64,000 nucleotides of DNA, taken from contig CBEVQY010000001.1 in the NCBI GenBank assembly GCA_965552135.1, positions 64,001-128,000 of the forward strand, given 5' to 3'. This stretch comes from an uncultured bacterium. GTDB lineage: Bacteria; UBP14; UBA6098; B30-G16. The position numbers were made by a program, and so were the translations under genes. This document shows, piece after piece, positions 55,597 through 64,000 of this stretch (position 1 is its first letter; each line of letters opens with the position of its first letter). The notes beneath the pieces were generated by a model that did no database searches, was not told where the DNA came from, and was given only the letters and a program-made list of their open reading frames with translations.

Positions 55597-57153
55597 GTGA
55601 AGTATTTTGGTGTTGCGATGCTTGTGCTTCTTTTTATGTCTGGTTGTGCGAAAAGCAGCGAGGAGGTCGGTATGGAGGACATAAGGAAGCCTGCTGTGGC
55701 GGGTTCGTGGTATCCCGGCGATCCCGACTCGCTGCGGGCGATGATAGAGGCGTTCATCGAAAAAGCCGATGTGCCCAAAATCGACGGAAGGATTTTCTGT
55801 CTTATCGCTCCGCACGCTGGGTACATCTATTCGGGACCCGTTGCCGCATACGCCTTCAAGGCGCTCCTGCAGAGAAAGGACGAATACAAAGGCAACACCG
55901 TGATCCTTGTGGGCTTTTCCCACAGACCTCCGAGCTGGAGCGGCATATCGGTTTGGGCTAAGGGTTTTTGGGAAACGCCTTTGGGGCGCGTTAAGGTCGA
56001 CGAGGAGCTCGCGCAAAGGATCATATCCCTTGCCCCCAACACGATCCAATACAGGCGCGAGGTCCACTACGGCGAGCATTCGCTTGAGATGGAGCTGCCT
56101 TTCCTGCAGTACGTCCTCGACAACGACCTCAAGATCGTCCCAATAGCCTTCTCGCACCAAACGCAGGCAGAGATCGAAACCCTGACCTCCGCGCTTCTTT
56201 CCGCGGACATCGATTGGGGTAGGACGTTTGTTGTGGTTTCGACCGATATGAGCCATTACCTTCCGTACGACAGGGCGGTTTCTGTGGACAAGCGCACACT
56301 CGATTACGTTCTTTCGGGCGACATCGATGGGCTTTCGAGCTGGATTCCCTCGGCTGGTGCGTTTTGTGGCTGGGCGGGCGTTCTTGTGGCGATGCGGGTT
56401 GCGTCGAGCTTGGGCGCAACGAAGGCGATTCTCCTCAAGTACGCCAACTCGGGCGACACGCAGCCTCAAACCGCCGCGCACGGCGTCGTCGGATACTGTG
56501 CCGTGGCATTTGTGATGGGCGACGGAAGGGGCACCTCCTCGGGCGAGGGCGGCGGAGGTTCCGCAGAAGCGCTGCCCGGCACACAGGAGTACTCCCTCAC
56601 CCGCGACCAAAAGCTCTACCTCCTGCGCCTTGCGCGGACGACGATCGAGAAGTACGTTCACGACGGCGTCGTCTACGAGCCGCCGAAACCCGACGACCCC
56701 AAGCTTGTGGAGGATGCGCCGGTGTTCGTCACGCTGCACAGGAAGGGGATGCTTCGGGGCTGCATCGGTCAGATGGTGGCGCAGGAGCCCCTATACCTTG
56801 CCGTGCGCGACATGGCCATCGCCGCCGCAACTAAAGACTACAGGTTCCCGCCCGTGCAGCCAAACGAGATCGACGAGATAGACATCGAAATCTCCGTCCT
56901 CTCGCCCCTGCGAAGGATAAGCTCGTGGGAGGAGATAAAACCCTTCAAGCACGGTGTTTACGTCAAGCGCGGCTGGCAGAGCGGCGTCTTTCTGCCGCAG
57001 GTGTGGGGGCAGATTCCCGACAAAGAGGCTTTCCTCAGGGAGCTTTGCGTCCAGAAGGCGCATCTGGAGCCGGAGTGCTACAAGGACCCCAAAACGGAGC
57101 TTTACGTTTACACCGTTCTTGAGTTTAGCGAGAAGGAGCTTGGTCTTAAGTGA
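55597..57153 (+). CDS. AmmeMemoRadiSam protein B (MEMO1) - protein A (AMMECR1) fusion with lipoprotein signal
   Basis: RKPAVAGSWYP, PHAGYIYSG, EHSLE, STDMSHY; FVTL..LRGCIG, IEISVLSP, GVFLPQV; N-terminal ...LLFMSGC. Confidence 0.92.
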   Translation: MKYFGVAMLVLLFMSGCAKSSEEVGMEDIRKPAVAGSWYPGDPDSLRAMIEAFIEKADVPKIDGRIFCLIAPHAGYIYSGPVAAYAFKALLQRKDEYKGNTVILVGFSHRPPSWSGISVWAKGFWETPLGRVKVDEELAQRIISLAPNTIQYRREVHYGEHSLEMELPFLQYVLDNDLKIVPIAFSHQTQAEIETLTSALLSADIDWGRTFVVVSTDMSHYLPYDRAVSVDKRTLDYVLSGDIDGLSSWIPSAGAFCGWAGVLVAMRVASSLGATKAILLKYANSGDTQPQTAAHGVVGYCAVAFVMGDGRGTSSGEGGGGSAEALPGTQEYSLTRDQKLYLLRLARTTIEKYVHDGVVYEPPKPDDPKLVEDAPVFVTLHRKGMLRGCIGQMVAQEPLYLAVRDMAIAAATKDYRFPPVQPNEIDEIDIEISVLSPLRRISSWEEIKPFKHGVYVKRGWQSGVFLPQVWGQIPDKEAFLRELCVQKAHLEPECYKDPKTELYVYTVLEFSEKELGLK

Positions 57154-57617
57154 GGGCGATGGCACCGACTTCGCGGAGGTTTTCGCCGCGCCACATGGCG
57201 AGGCGCGCTGCGCTGCAGGCGCTCTACGCGCATCAAATAAGCGGCGAGAGCGACCCGCAAAAGCTTGTCGCCGATGTCCTCAGGCACGCGAGGCTTCCGA
57301 AGTCGGCGCGCGAGTTCCTGCAAAGGCTTGTTAAAGCCGCCGTGGACCGCGAAAAACTCGCCGACTCCGTGATACAAAAGGTCGCGGAAAACTGGGACAT
57401 AGATCGAATCTCCGTCGTCGACAGGAACATCCTGCGGCTCGGGATAGCCGAGTTCCTCGACTTCCCTGATATATCGTATCGCGTGACGATAGACGAGGCT
57501 GTGGAGCTTGCGAAGGAGTTTGGCAGCGCCGACAGCTCCAAGTTCGTCAACGGCGTCCTCGACGCCGCGCTGCGAAAGCTTAGGGAGATGGGGCTTGTTT
57601 CGAAGGAGGATGGGTGA
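57150..57617 (+). CDS. nusB: Transcription antitermination factor NusB
   Basis: ARRAALQALY, W.IDRI..VDRNILR, IDEAVELAKEF, FVNGVLD. Confidence 0.95.
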   Translation: MRAMAPTSRRFSPRHMARRAALQALYAHQISGESDPQKLVADVLRHARLPKSAREFLQRLVKAAVDREKLADSVIQKVAENWDIDRISVVDRNILRLGIAEFLDFPDISYRVTIDEAVELAKEFGSADSSKFVNGVLDAALRKLREMGLVSKEDG

Positions 57618-58354
57618 GGGTAGGTTTTATCTCCGACATCCACGGGAACTTCGAGGCGCTCGAGGTGGCGCTTTCGAGGCTTTCGCGCGAAGGGGTCGAC
57701 AGGGTTGTTTGCGCCGGTGATCTCGTTGGCTACGGCGCCGACCCCATAAAGTGCGTCGAGGCTGTGCAAAAGACCGCGGATGTCGTCGTTGCAGGAAACC
57801 ACGACTGGGCTGCCGTCGGAAAAACCGACATCACATACTTCAACATCTACGGCAGAAAGGCTATAGTCTGGACCTCGAACGTTCTGCCGCCCCATCAGAG
57901 GAAGTTCTTAGCCGACCTGGACCTCTCCTACGCCGATGAGTCCTGGTGCGTCGTCCACTCGACCCCGCACAGACCCCAGGACTGGAACTACATACTGACC
58001 CCAGGCGACGCCCTGCGCCAGTTCGAGTTCTTCGAGAAACGAATTTGCTTTGTGGGGCACTCCCACGTTCCCGCGGTCTTCAGCGAAAAGGGCGGGGCGT
58101 TTGGGATAAGCATCCCCTTCAACGAAGAGAGCCTTTTGCTGCAGCTTACCCCCGACGACAGGTACATAATAAACGTCGGCAGCGTTGGTCAGCCCCGCGA
58201 CGGAGACCCAAGAGGGTGCGTTGTGATCTTCGACGCCGATGAGCTTACGGTGAAGTTCATAAGGTTCTTCTACCCGGTCGACAGAGCTCAGGAGAAGATC
58301 ATCTCCGCGGGTCTGCCCTCTTTCCTCGCCGAAAGGCTCGGTCAGGGGATATGA
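57614..58354 (+). CDS. Metallophosphoesterase (calcineurin-like)
   Basis: SDIHGN, GDLVGYG, GNHD, GHSH, NVGSVGQPRDGDP. Confidence 0.94.
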   Translation: MRVGFISDIHGNFEALEVALSRLSREGVDRVVCAGDLVGYGADPIKCVEAVQKTADVVVAGNHDWAAVGKTDITYFNIYGRKAIVWTSNVLPPHQRKFLADLDLSYADESWCVVHSTPHRPQDWNYILTPGDALRQFEFFEKRICFVGHSHVPAVFSEKGGAFGISIPFNEESLLLQLTPDDRYIINVGSVGQPRDGDPRGCVVIFDADELTVKFIRFFYPVDRAQEKIISAGLPSFLAERLGQGI

Positions 58355-59253
58355 CTTCGCGCAGACGTCCAAAGCTCAAGCACTGGCTGGAGTACATAGT
58401 TCTTCGTGCGCTTGTTTTTTTGCTTCGGCTTTTGCCGCACGAAGCAGCCGTCGCCCTGGGCGGAGCCATAGGAAGGGCGCTTTGGGCGCTTGGTGTGCGG
58501 CGGAAGGTGGCCAAGAGGAACTTTAAGCTCTGCTTCGGCGATAGGTACAGCGACCGTGAGGCGAACGAGATCCTCAAAAGGTCCTACGATTTCTTCTGCC
58601 GCTCCGTTGTGGAGTATGCGCTATTGCCGAAGCTTGGGGATCGCGTTTTGTCGCTCGTCAGCCTTGAGGGCAAAGAGCTTCTCGACGAGCTTGCGGGGCA
58701 GGGCAGGGGCGCGATTTTGGTCACAGGGCACTTCGGCAGCTGGGAGCTTTTCGGCGCTGCGCTGGCGAAGGCCGGGTATAAGATCGACTTCCTCGTCGGA
58801 ACGCAGAAAAACCCCCTCGTCGACGAGCTTATGAACGCGGTGCGCAGGTCCGTGGGGATAGGCATCATCCACATAGGCGTGGCTGCGCGCGGGGTTTTGA
58901 GGTCGCTTCGCGCAGGTCGCATGGTGGCTATGCTCTCCGACCAGGATGCCGGTGCCGACGGCGTTGTCGTCAAGTTCTTCGGAAATCCCGCGTCGACGCC
59001 TCGGGGAGCTGCGGCCTTCGCCGCAAAAACCAGATGCCCCATCGTGGCGGGATACATCGTCCGAAACGCCGATGGGTTCACCCACAGGGGGATAGTCGAG
59101 AGACTTTTGCCTCCGAAGCTTTCGGGGAACGCTGAGGATGACATAAAGTCCCTCACCCAGTTTTTCACCGATGTTCTCGAGCGTGGCGTCCGCGCCCATC
59201 CCGACCATTACTTCTGGGCGCACAGGAGGTTCAAAAGCACGATAGGATACTGA
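58351..59253 (+). CDS. Lipid A/lysophospholipid acyltransferase (LpxL/HtrB family)
   Basis: TGHFGSWE, LSDQ, VKFFG, P..YFWAHRRFK. Confidence 0.92.
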   Translation: MTSRRRPKLKHWLEYIVLRALVFLLRLLPHEAAVALGGAIGRALWALGVRRKVAKRNFKLCFGDRYSDREANEILKRSYDFFCRSVVEYALLPKLGDRVLSLVSLEGKELLDELAGQGRGAILVTGHFGSWELFGAALAKAGYKIDFLVGTQKNPLVDELMNAVRRSVGIGIIHIGVAARGVLRSLRAGRMVAMLSDQDAGADGVVVKFFGNPASTPRGAAAFAAKTRCPIVAGYIVRNADGFTHRGIVERLLPPKLSGNAEDDIKSLTQFFTDVLERGVRAHPDHYFWAHRRFKSTIGY

Positions 59254-61520
59254 TGCCGACAGCGCATCGTGGGAAGGATCGTGGCAGGCTTTTGTGGCTT
59301 TCCCTTATTCTTTTCCTTGGCGCCGCCGAGCGCCTGATCCACCTGCTGGCGTGGGCGAAAAGCCCGTACTGGTCGGGGCTTTTCCTCGACGAGCTTTACC
59401 ACCACCTCTGGGCAAAGCTTGTTGCCTGCGGTCAGGTCTTTCCGCCCGGGGTTTTCTTCAGGGCGCCGCTTTACCCGTACCTGCTTGGCGCGATCTACGC
59501 CATCTTCGGCGACGGAGGCTGGGCGCCGAGGATCCTTCAACACACCATCGGGCTCGCATCCGCCCTGCCCGTGTACTGGACCGCGCAAAGGCTTTTGCGC
59601 AAACGCAGCCTCGCCATCCTGGCGACCGCGCTTTGGGCGCTTATGCCCCTCCAGGTGTTCTTCGAGTCGCGGCTGCTTCTGGACGCCGTATTCGCCGCGA
59701 TGGTGCCGTGGTTTTTGTGGATGCTCCATCTGGCGCGCCAGAAACGCACCGCCGGAGTGCTTGCCGCCACGGGCATCGTTTTGGGCGTGATGGCGGTAAC
59801 AAGACCCACCGCGCTCGTCTTCGCGCCGATAGGGGTCGTTTGGCTGTGGCGGTGGATGAAGGGAAAGGCGCTCTGGATGCTTGTGGGGCTTTTCATCCCT
59901 ATATTGCCGGTCTTTGCTGCGAACGTGGCGAACGGGGATTTTGTGCTTATAGCCTCTCAGGGCGGGATAAACCTCTACATCGGTAACAATCCCCAAAGCG
60001 ACGGCGCGTCGGCAGTGGTTCCGGAGCTCGGCAGGAACTGGCAGTATCGGCGCTGCGCCGCCCTGGCAAAGCAAAGCCTCGGGCGCAAACCCAAACCATC
60101 GGAGATTTCGAGGTTTTTTGCGAAAAAAGCCCTGGCTTTCTGGACGAACGAGCCCACAAAGGCGCTGGCGCTTGCGGCGAAGAAGTTGGTGCTCCTGCTC
60201 ACCGCGCCCGAGATCGGAAACAACGGGAACATTTACTTCCTCATGAAGCGCTCCCCGCTTGCGCATCTGCTTTGGCTTGGCTGGGGGGTCGTTTTGCCCT
60301 TGGCTTTCGTCGGGTTCGCCTTTGGGGAGATGGAGCACAGGTGGCTCATCGTATCCCTCGCTGCGGCATACGGCGCGGTTTTGGTTGCGTTTTTCGTGTG
60401 CGCACGCTTCAGGCTGCCTATGATACCGCTCCTTGTGCTCCCTGCCTCTGCGGGCGTTGGCGCCGTGGTGGACGCTGTGCGGTCGCGGAGGTTTTTGCCG
60501 CCCCTGCTTTGTGCCGCCCTCTTGGTGCTTGCGCAAGCCGACCCCTACGGCTGGCGCAAAAGCGACGACGCCCTGTCTTACTTCGCCCTGGGGAACATAT
60601 ACTTCCGCACCGGTCGATGGGACGATGCGCTGCGGGAATACAGAAGGGCTTTGGCGCTTGATCAGGGCGCGAGGGGTGTTCACCTCAACATGGGAGCGTT
60701 GTATTTTGCCCGCGGCGCGCTCGACTCCGCCGAGGCTCAGTTCGTTCGCGAGGTGGACGTCGGCGGCGAGGTGTGCCGCGCGCTGTCGAACATAGGGGTC
60801 ATCCGCAGGCTGCGCGGCGACTTTACCGGCGCCATCGCAGCGGGGAAAACCGCATACGAGCGCTGCGGCGAAATGCCCGATGTGGCGTTCAACTTCGTCC
60901 TCACGCTGTACGCCGCAGGCTATTACGCCTGGGCGGACTCCATCGTCGACGAGGCTCTCCCGGACCTCGGCGATGATCCGCGCTTCCTCAACGTGGCGGG
61001 AGCCGTTAAGCTCGCCGCGGGCGATACGGCAGAGGCAGAGCGCCTCTTCCGAAAAGTTGTGGAGCTCTACACCAGCCGTCCGGGCAGGTCCTTGGTTCAG
61101 CTTTACGACCTCGGCGCGATCTACAGCGAGCAGGCGGGCGTCGGCGCATCGGAGGGAAGAGTCTTTTGCTGGGCGTGTTACAACCTCGCCTTGCTTTACG
61201 CCTCCAAAGGCAGGCTTGAGGGCGCGAGGGAGCTTTTGACGCGCGCCGTACTTGAGGATGCAGGCTTTGCGGAGGGATTCGCGGCGCTGGGGGCGGTCCT
61301 GCTGGCGCAGGGACGAATAGACGAAGCCGAGCGAAATCTAACGCGAGCCCGGGAGCTGGGGCTGCGAAAGCCCGAGCTTTTCTTTGACCTCGCCGCCGTC
61401 TGCACCAGACGCGGCGAGCTTGAGAAAGCGAAGACCCTGCTTGAACAGGCGCTGGAACTAAGGCCCGACTTCAAGCCCGCCAAAAGCGCGCTGGATTGGC
61501 TCGAGGAACAAACGAATTGA
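59253..61520 (+). CDS. GT-C (PMT/ArnT-like) membrane glycosyltransferase with C-terminal TPR repeats
   Basis: LDELY, FRAPLYPYLL, TRP, GGINLYIGNN, RFRLP, followed by TPR motifs. Confidence 0.85.
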   Translation: MPTAHRGKDRGRLLWLSLILFLGAAERLIHLLAWAKSPYWSGLFLDELYHHLWAKLVACGQVFPPGVFFRAPLYPYLLGAIYAIFGDGGWAPRILQHTIGLASALPVYWTAQRLLRKRSLAILATALWALMPLQVFFESRLLLDAVFAAMVPWFLWMLHLARQKRTAGVLAATGIVLGVMAVTRPTALVFAPIGVVWLWRWMKGKALWMLVGLFIPILPVFAANVANGDFVLIASQGGINLYIGNNPQSDGASAVVPELGRNWQYRRCAALAKQSLGRKPKPSEISRFFAKKALAFWTNEPTKALALAAKKLVLLLTAPEIGNNGNIYFLMKRSPLAHLLWLGWGVVLPLAFVGFAFGEMEHRWLIVSLAAAYGAVLVAFFVCARFRLPMIPLLVLPASAGVGAVVDAVRSRRFLPPLLCAALLVLAQADPYGWRKSDDALSYFALGNIYFRTGRWDDALREYRRALALDQGARGVHLNMGALYFARGALDSAEAQFVREVDVGGEVCRALSNIGVIRRLRGDFTGAIAAGKTAYERCGEMPDVAFNFVLTLYAAGYYAWADSIVDEALPDLGDDPRFLNVAGAVKLAAGDTAEAERLFRKVVELYTSRPGRSLVQLYDLGAIYSEQAGVGASEGRVFCWACYNLALLYASKGRLEGARELLTRAVLEDAGFAEGFAALGAVLLAQGRIDEAERNLTRARELGLRKPELFFDLAAVCTRRGELEKAKTLLEQALELRPDFKPAKSALDWLEEQTN

Positions 61521-61544
61521 CACCGCCCGCGGAAGCGATATACT
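61517..61544 (+). promoter_or_regulatory. Sigma70-type promoter of tRNA-Arg
   Basis: TTGACA-16 nt-TATACT, 8 nt upstream of the tRNA. Confidence 0.8.
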
Positions 61545-61552
61545 AAACACGG

Positions 61553-61626
61553 GTGCCCGTAGCTCAACTGGACAGAGCACCGGACTTCGGATCCGGTGGT
61601 TGGGGGTTCGAGTCCCTCCGGGCACG
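61553..61626 (+). tRNA. tRNA-Arg (UCG)
   Basis: GTGCCCG/CGGGCAC acceptor stem, CCGGA-CTTCGGA-TCCGG anticodon arm, GGTTCGAG T-loop; no encoded CCA. Confidence 0.96.
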
Positions 61627-61645
61627 TACAGATGCGGGCGCGGCA

Positions 61646-64000
61646 TCAGCTTTTCGCGGTCAGCCTGAACGAGCGGTCGATTTCGAAGGGCTCGCCGAAG
61701 GGGGTTTTCCATCCCTCAGCGGCCGGGATCAAAAGCTCTTTGCGCACAAACCTTCCGCAGAGGGCGGTTTCTTCGCTCATACCCGCTGCGATGAGGAACT
61801 CCTGCGGTCTTCCGCTGCCTTTGTCGCCGGCGCGCAGGACGAGGCTAAAGCTGCAGCGCGCCTTGTTTCCGCCATCGATGCGCCAGGCGAGGATAAGCGG
61901 TCTTATGTCGACCGTCCTTTCGTGTCTGCGGAAGCTTATGCTCCCCTGTTGCGTCACCCAGTTGAGCGCGTCTTCGACCAGGCTTCGGCTTGCAGCGACC
62001 TCACACTCCCAAAGCGCCGCTTCAACGGACGCCTGAAGTGGCTTCGGCTTGCGGTGGAACGGCTGATATCCGCGAAGCTCCATCCCCTCGGGCAGCGCCC
62101 TCGCGAGGGCGTGTATGTTCGCTTCAGACACGGCGCCCGAAAGAAATACGTCCACATACTCCGCCTCGCTTTCGGCGCCGAGTGGGAGCGGCGGAGAGAA
62201 CGAAAGCTTTGGGTGCACATGATACCCTTCGGTGAAGGCGACGGGGAACCTCGCCCTTCGCAGCGTGCGTTCCCACAGCCGCAGCACGTCGAGGTGTCCC
62301 AGGAAGCGCATAAGCCCGCGCCGCGCGTAGCGAACCCTCACGACCGGTGCGAAGACGAGGGGCGTTTTGTGCTCCCTTCGGGGTCGCCTTCCGAACGATG
62401 TTGCAGCGCTCGCCGCGGATGTTCGCGCAAGAACCTGCTGCGGGACATCGCAGAACCGGCACCGAGCGCAATCCCGCGTCCAGCAGGGGAGGGTAAGTTT
62501 CCCCTGCATCGCCCGCGCGCGCTCAGCACGCAGGAAGTCCCGGCGAAGACCTTTGTCTATCACGTCCCACGGCAAAGGCTCGTCCTCGGCGCGCTCGGCA
62601 AGGCAACCCTCCAGGGAGAACCCGACCTCCTCCAAAGCTTCGAGGAAGATCCGCGGCTCGAAGAACTCGCTCCATGCGGCGTAAATTCCGCCCTTTCGCC
62701 AGGCAAGCTCGATTATGTCGCAGAAGCGTCTGTCGCCGCGGGCTAAAACGCCCTCGAGGATGGAGACGTACGGGTTGCGCCGCAGAACCTCCACCCGCCG
62801 CGGGAGGCGCGAAAGGACGTATTCCTCTCGCCTCCGGAGCTCCTCCGCCCCAAGCTGGCGCTCCCACTGGAACGGCGTGTGCGGTCTGGGGACGAAGGGC
62901 GACAGCGCCACCTTAAGCTTTGCCTTGTAGCGCTTCGCCAGCGCATCCGCCCTGCGGACGAGGTCGACGAGACCGTCGAGGTCGTCCTCGGTTTCGGTGG
63001 GCAGGCCGAACATGAAGTATAGCTTTACGCTGCGCCACTTTTTGCGGAAGGCGAGCTCGAGCGTCTCGAAGAACTTATCCTCGTCGAGGGGTTTGTTTAG
63101 GACGGCTCGCAGGCGCTGTGTGCCCGCCTCGGGCGCAAACGTAAGCCCGCTTTTGCGACCATAGCCCACAAGCTCGAGCAGCTCGTCGCTTACGTGCTCG
63201 ACTCGCACCGAGGGCAGGGCGAACTTGAGCTTGTTGTCCTTGACCCAGCCGCCAAGCCTCCGAACAAGACCATCGAGGTCGGAGTAGTCCGTTGTCGACA
63301 GCGCCAGAAGTCCGATCTCGTCCCATCCGGTTGCGGCGAAGTTCCGCATAAGCTCTGCAACAACCGCCTCCGCGGGGCGCTCCCTGAGGGGTCGGTAGGT
63401 GAAGCCCGACTCGCAGAACCTGCAACCCCTTCCGCATCCCCGGGCGAGCTCGGCGCGAAGCCTGTTGTGAACCACCTCGACCCAGGGCACGATCGGTGGT
63501 GTTGGGTAAAAGCCGTCCTCCAGGCGCGGCACCGTTGCAGCCTTCACGGGCAGCGGCGCACCGCCCTCGGCGGAAAAACCCGCGAAACGCCCCCCGTCGT
63601 AGCGAACGCCGTAAAGCGACGGAACGTAAACGCCGGGGAACTCACAAAGCCCCTCCAAAAGCTTCCTGCGGGGCAGGGCGCCTTTGTTTCTTTTCACGTA
63701 GTGCAGCAGGTCGACGAGTGCGACTTCGGCGTCGCCGACGTAGATTGCGTCGAAGAACTCCGCCACAGGCTCGGGGTGGAAGGCGCAGCTCCCGCCAGCG
63801 ATGACTATCGGATCACCCTCGCCCCGCGCAGACGACCGAAGCGGTATGCCGCCCATATCGAGCATCTCGAGGACGTTTGTGTACGAAAGCTCGTTCTCAA
63901 GCGTGAAGCCAACAACGTCGAACTGCGATATGGGCGTCTTGGTCTCGAGGCTTAGGGGAGGTATTCGGCGCTGCCGCATAAGGTTGCGCATGTCGTGCCA
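61646..64000 (-). CDS. TIGR03960-type radical SAM protein fused to TIGR03936 (DUF2344) domain; 5' end outside window
   Basis: FD..GFTL..EL.YTNVL.ML, RGCGRGCRFC, TFAPEAG; RFLGHLD...YHVHPKLSF..LPLG.ES.AEY. Confidence 0.92.
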   Translation of the reverse strand, partial: WHDMRNLMRQRRIPPLSLETKTPISQFDVVGFTLENELSYTNVLEMLDMGGIPLRSSARGEGDPIVIAGGSCAFHPEPVAEFFDAIYVGDAEVALVDLLHYVKRNKGALPRRKLLEGLCEFPGVYVPSLYGVRYDGGRFAGFSAEGGAPLPVKAATVPRLEDGFYPTPPIVPWVEVVHNRLRAELARGCGRGCRFCESGFTYRPLRERPAEAVVAELMRNFAATGWDEIGLLALSTTDYSDLDGLVRRLGGWVKDNKLKFALPSVRVEHVSDELLELVGYGRKSGLTFAPEAGTQRLRAVLNKPLDEDKFFETLELAFRKKWRSVKLYFMFGLPTETEDDLDGLVDLVRRADALAKRYKAKLKVALSPFVPRPHTPFQWERQLGAEELRRREEYVLSRLPRRVEVLRRNPYVSILEGVLARGDRRFCDIIELAWRKGGIYAAWSEFFEPRIFLEALEEVGFSLEGCLAERAEDEPLPWDVIDKGLRRDFLRAERARAMQGKLTLPCWTRDCARCRFCDVPQQVLARTSAASAATSFGRRPRREHKTPLVFAPVVRVRYARRGLMRFLGHLDVLRLWERTLRRARFPVAFTEGYHVHPKLSFSPPLPLGAESEAEYVDVFLSGAVSEANIHALARALPEGMELRGYQPFHRKPKPLQASVEAALWECEVAASRSLVEDALNWVTQQGSISFRRHERTVDIRPLILAWRIDGGNKARCSFSLVLRAGDKGSGRPQEFLIAAGMSEETALCGRFVRKELLIPAAEGWKTPFGEPFEIDRSFRLTAKS

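Noticed and set aside
59208..60683. 491-aa minus-strand ORF
   Set aside because: Antisense to the GT-C/TPR gene, no motifs.
61553..62746. 397-aa + strand ORF starting in tRNA-Arg; tRNA as an integration site
   Set aside because: The ORF overlaps the tRNA and is antisense to the radical SAM gene; no integrase or duplicated tRNA 3' end seen.
61646..64000. Radical SAM gene as the missing AmrS partner
   Set aside because: Motifs match the TIGR03960/TIGR03936 fusion, a different family, and it is on the opposite strand.

Overview
GC-rich bacterial chromosomal window with dense, often translationally coupled genes and no CRISPR array, transposase, integrase or phage block. Gene content suggests a Gram-negative anaerobe, probably thermophilic and from an FCB-related candidate lineage (inference from LpxL, Wza/Wzz, a T9SS/FlgD-like C-terminal domain, four-subunit POR, short HCP, Thermotoga/archaeal-type Ogg and peroxiredoxin). 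Housekeeping genes: moxR, pdp, obgE, dinB, mnmE, miaB, coaE, rplY-prs-tRNA-Gln-ispE, porCDAB, pyrG, rpmH, cmk-rpsA-rpsT, nusB, tRNA-Arg(UCG). Accessory content: a wza-wzz-wzy-murJ polysaccharide module; a 2706-aa secreted Asp-box/repeat protein; a long oxidative/nitrosative-stress cluster (ogg, perR, hrb, hcp, fprA, prx, dfx, sfsA, small HTH, rbr); two tandem secreted proteins with a shared N-terminal domain but different tips (kelch versus C-type-lectin-like) downstream of a TrmB regulator; a Braun-lipoprotein-like gene; a lipoprotein MEMO-AMMECR1 fusion; and several long intergenic hairpins with strand-biased G-U pairs. All calls come from reading motifs by eye; no database search or folding program was run.
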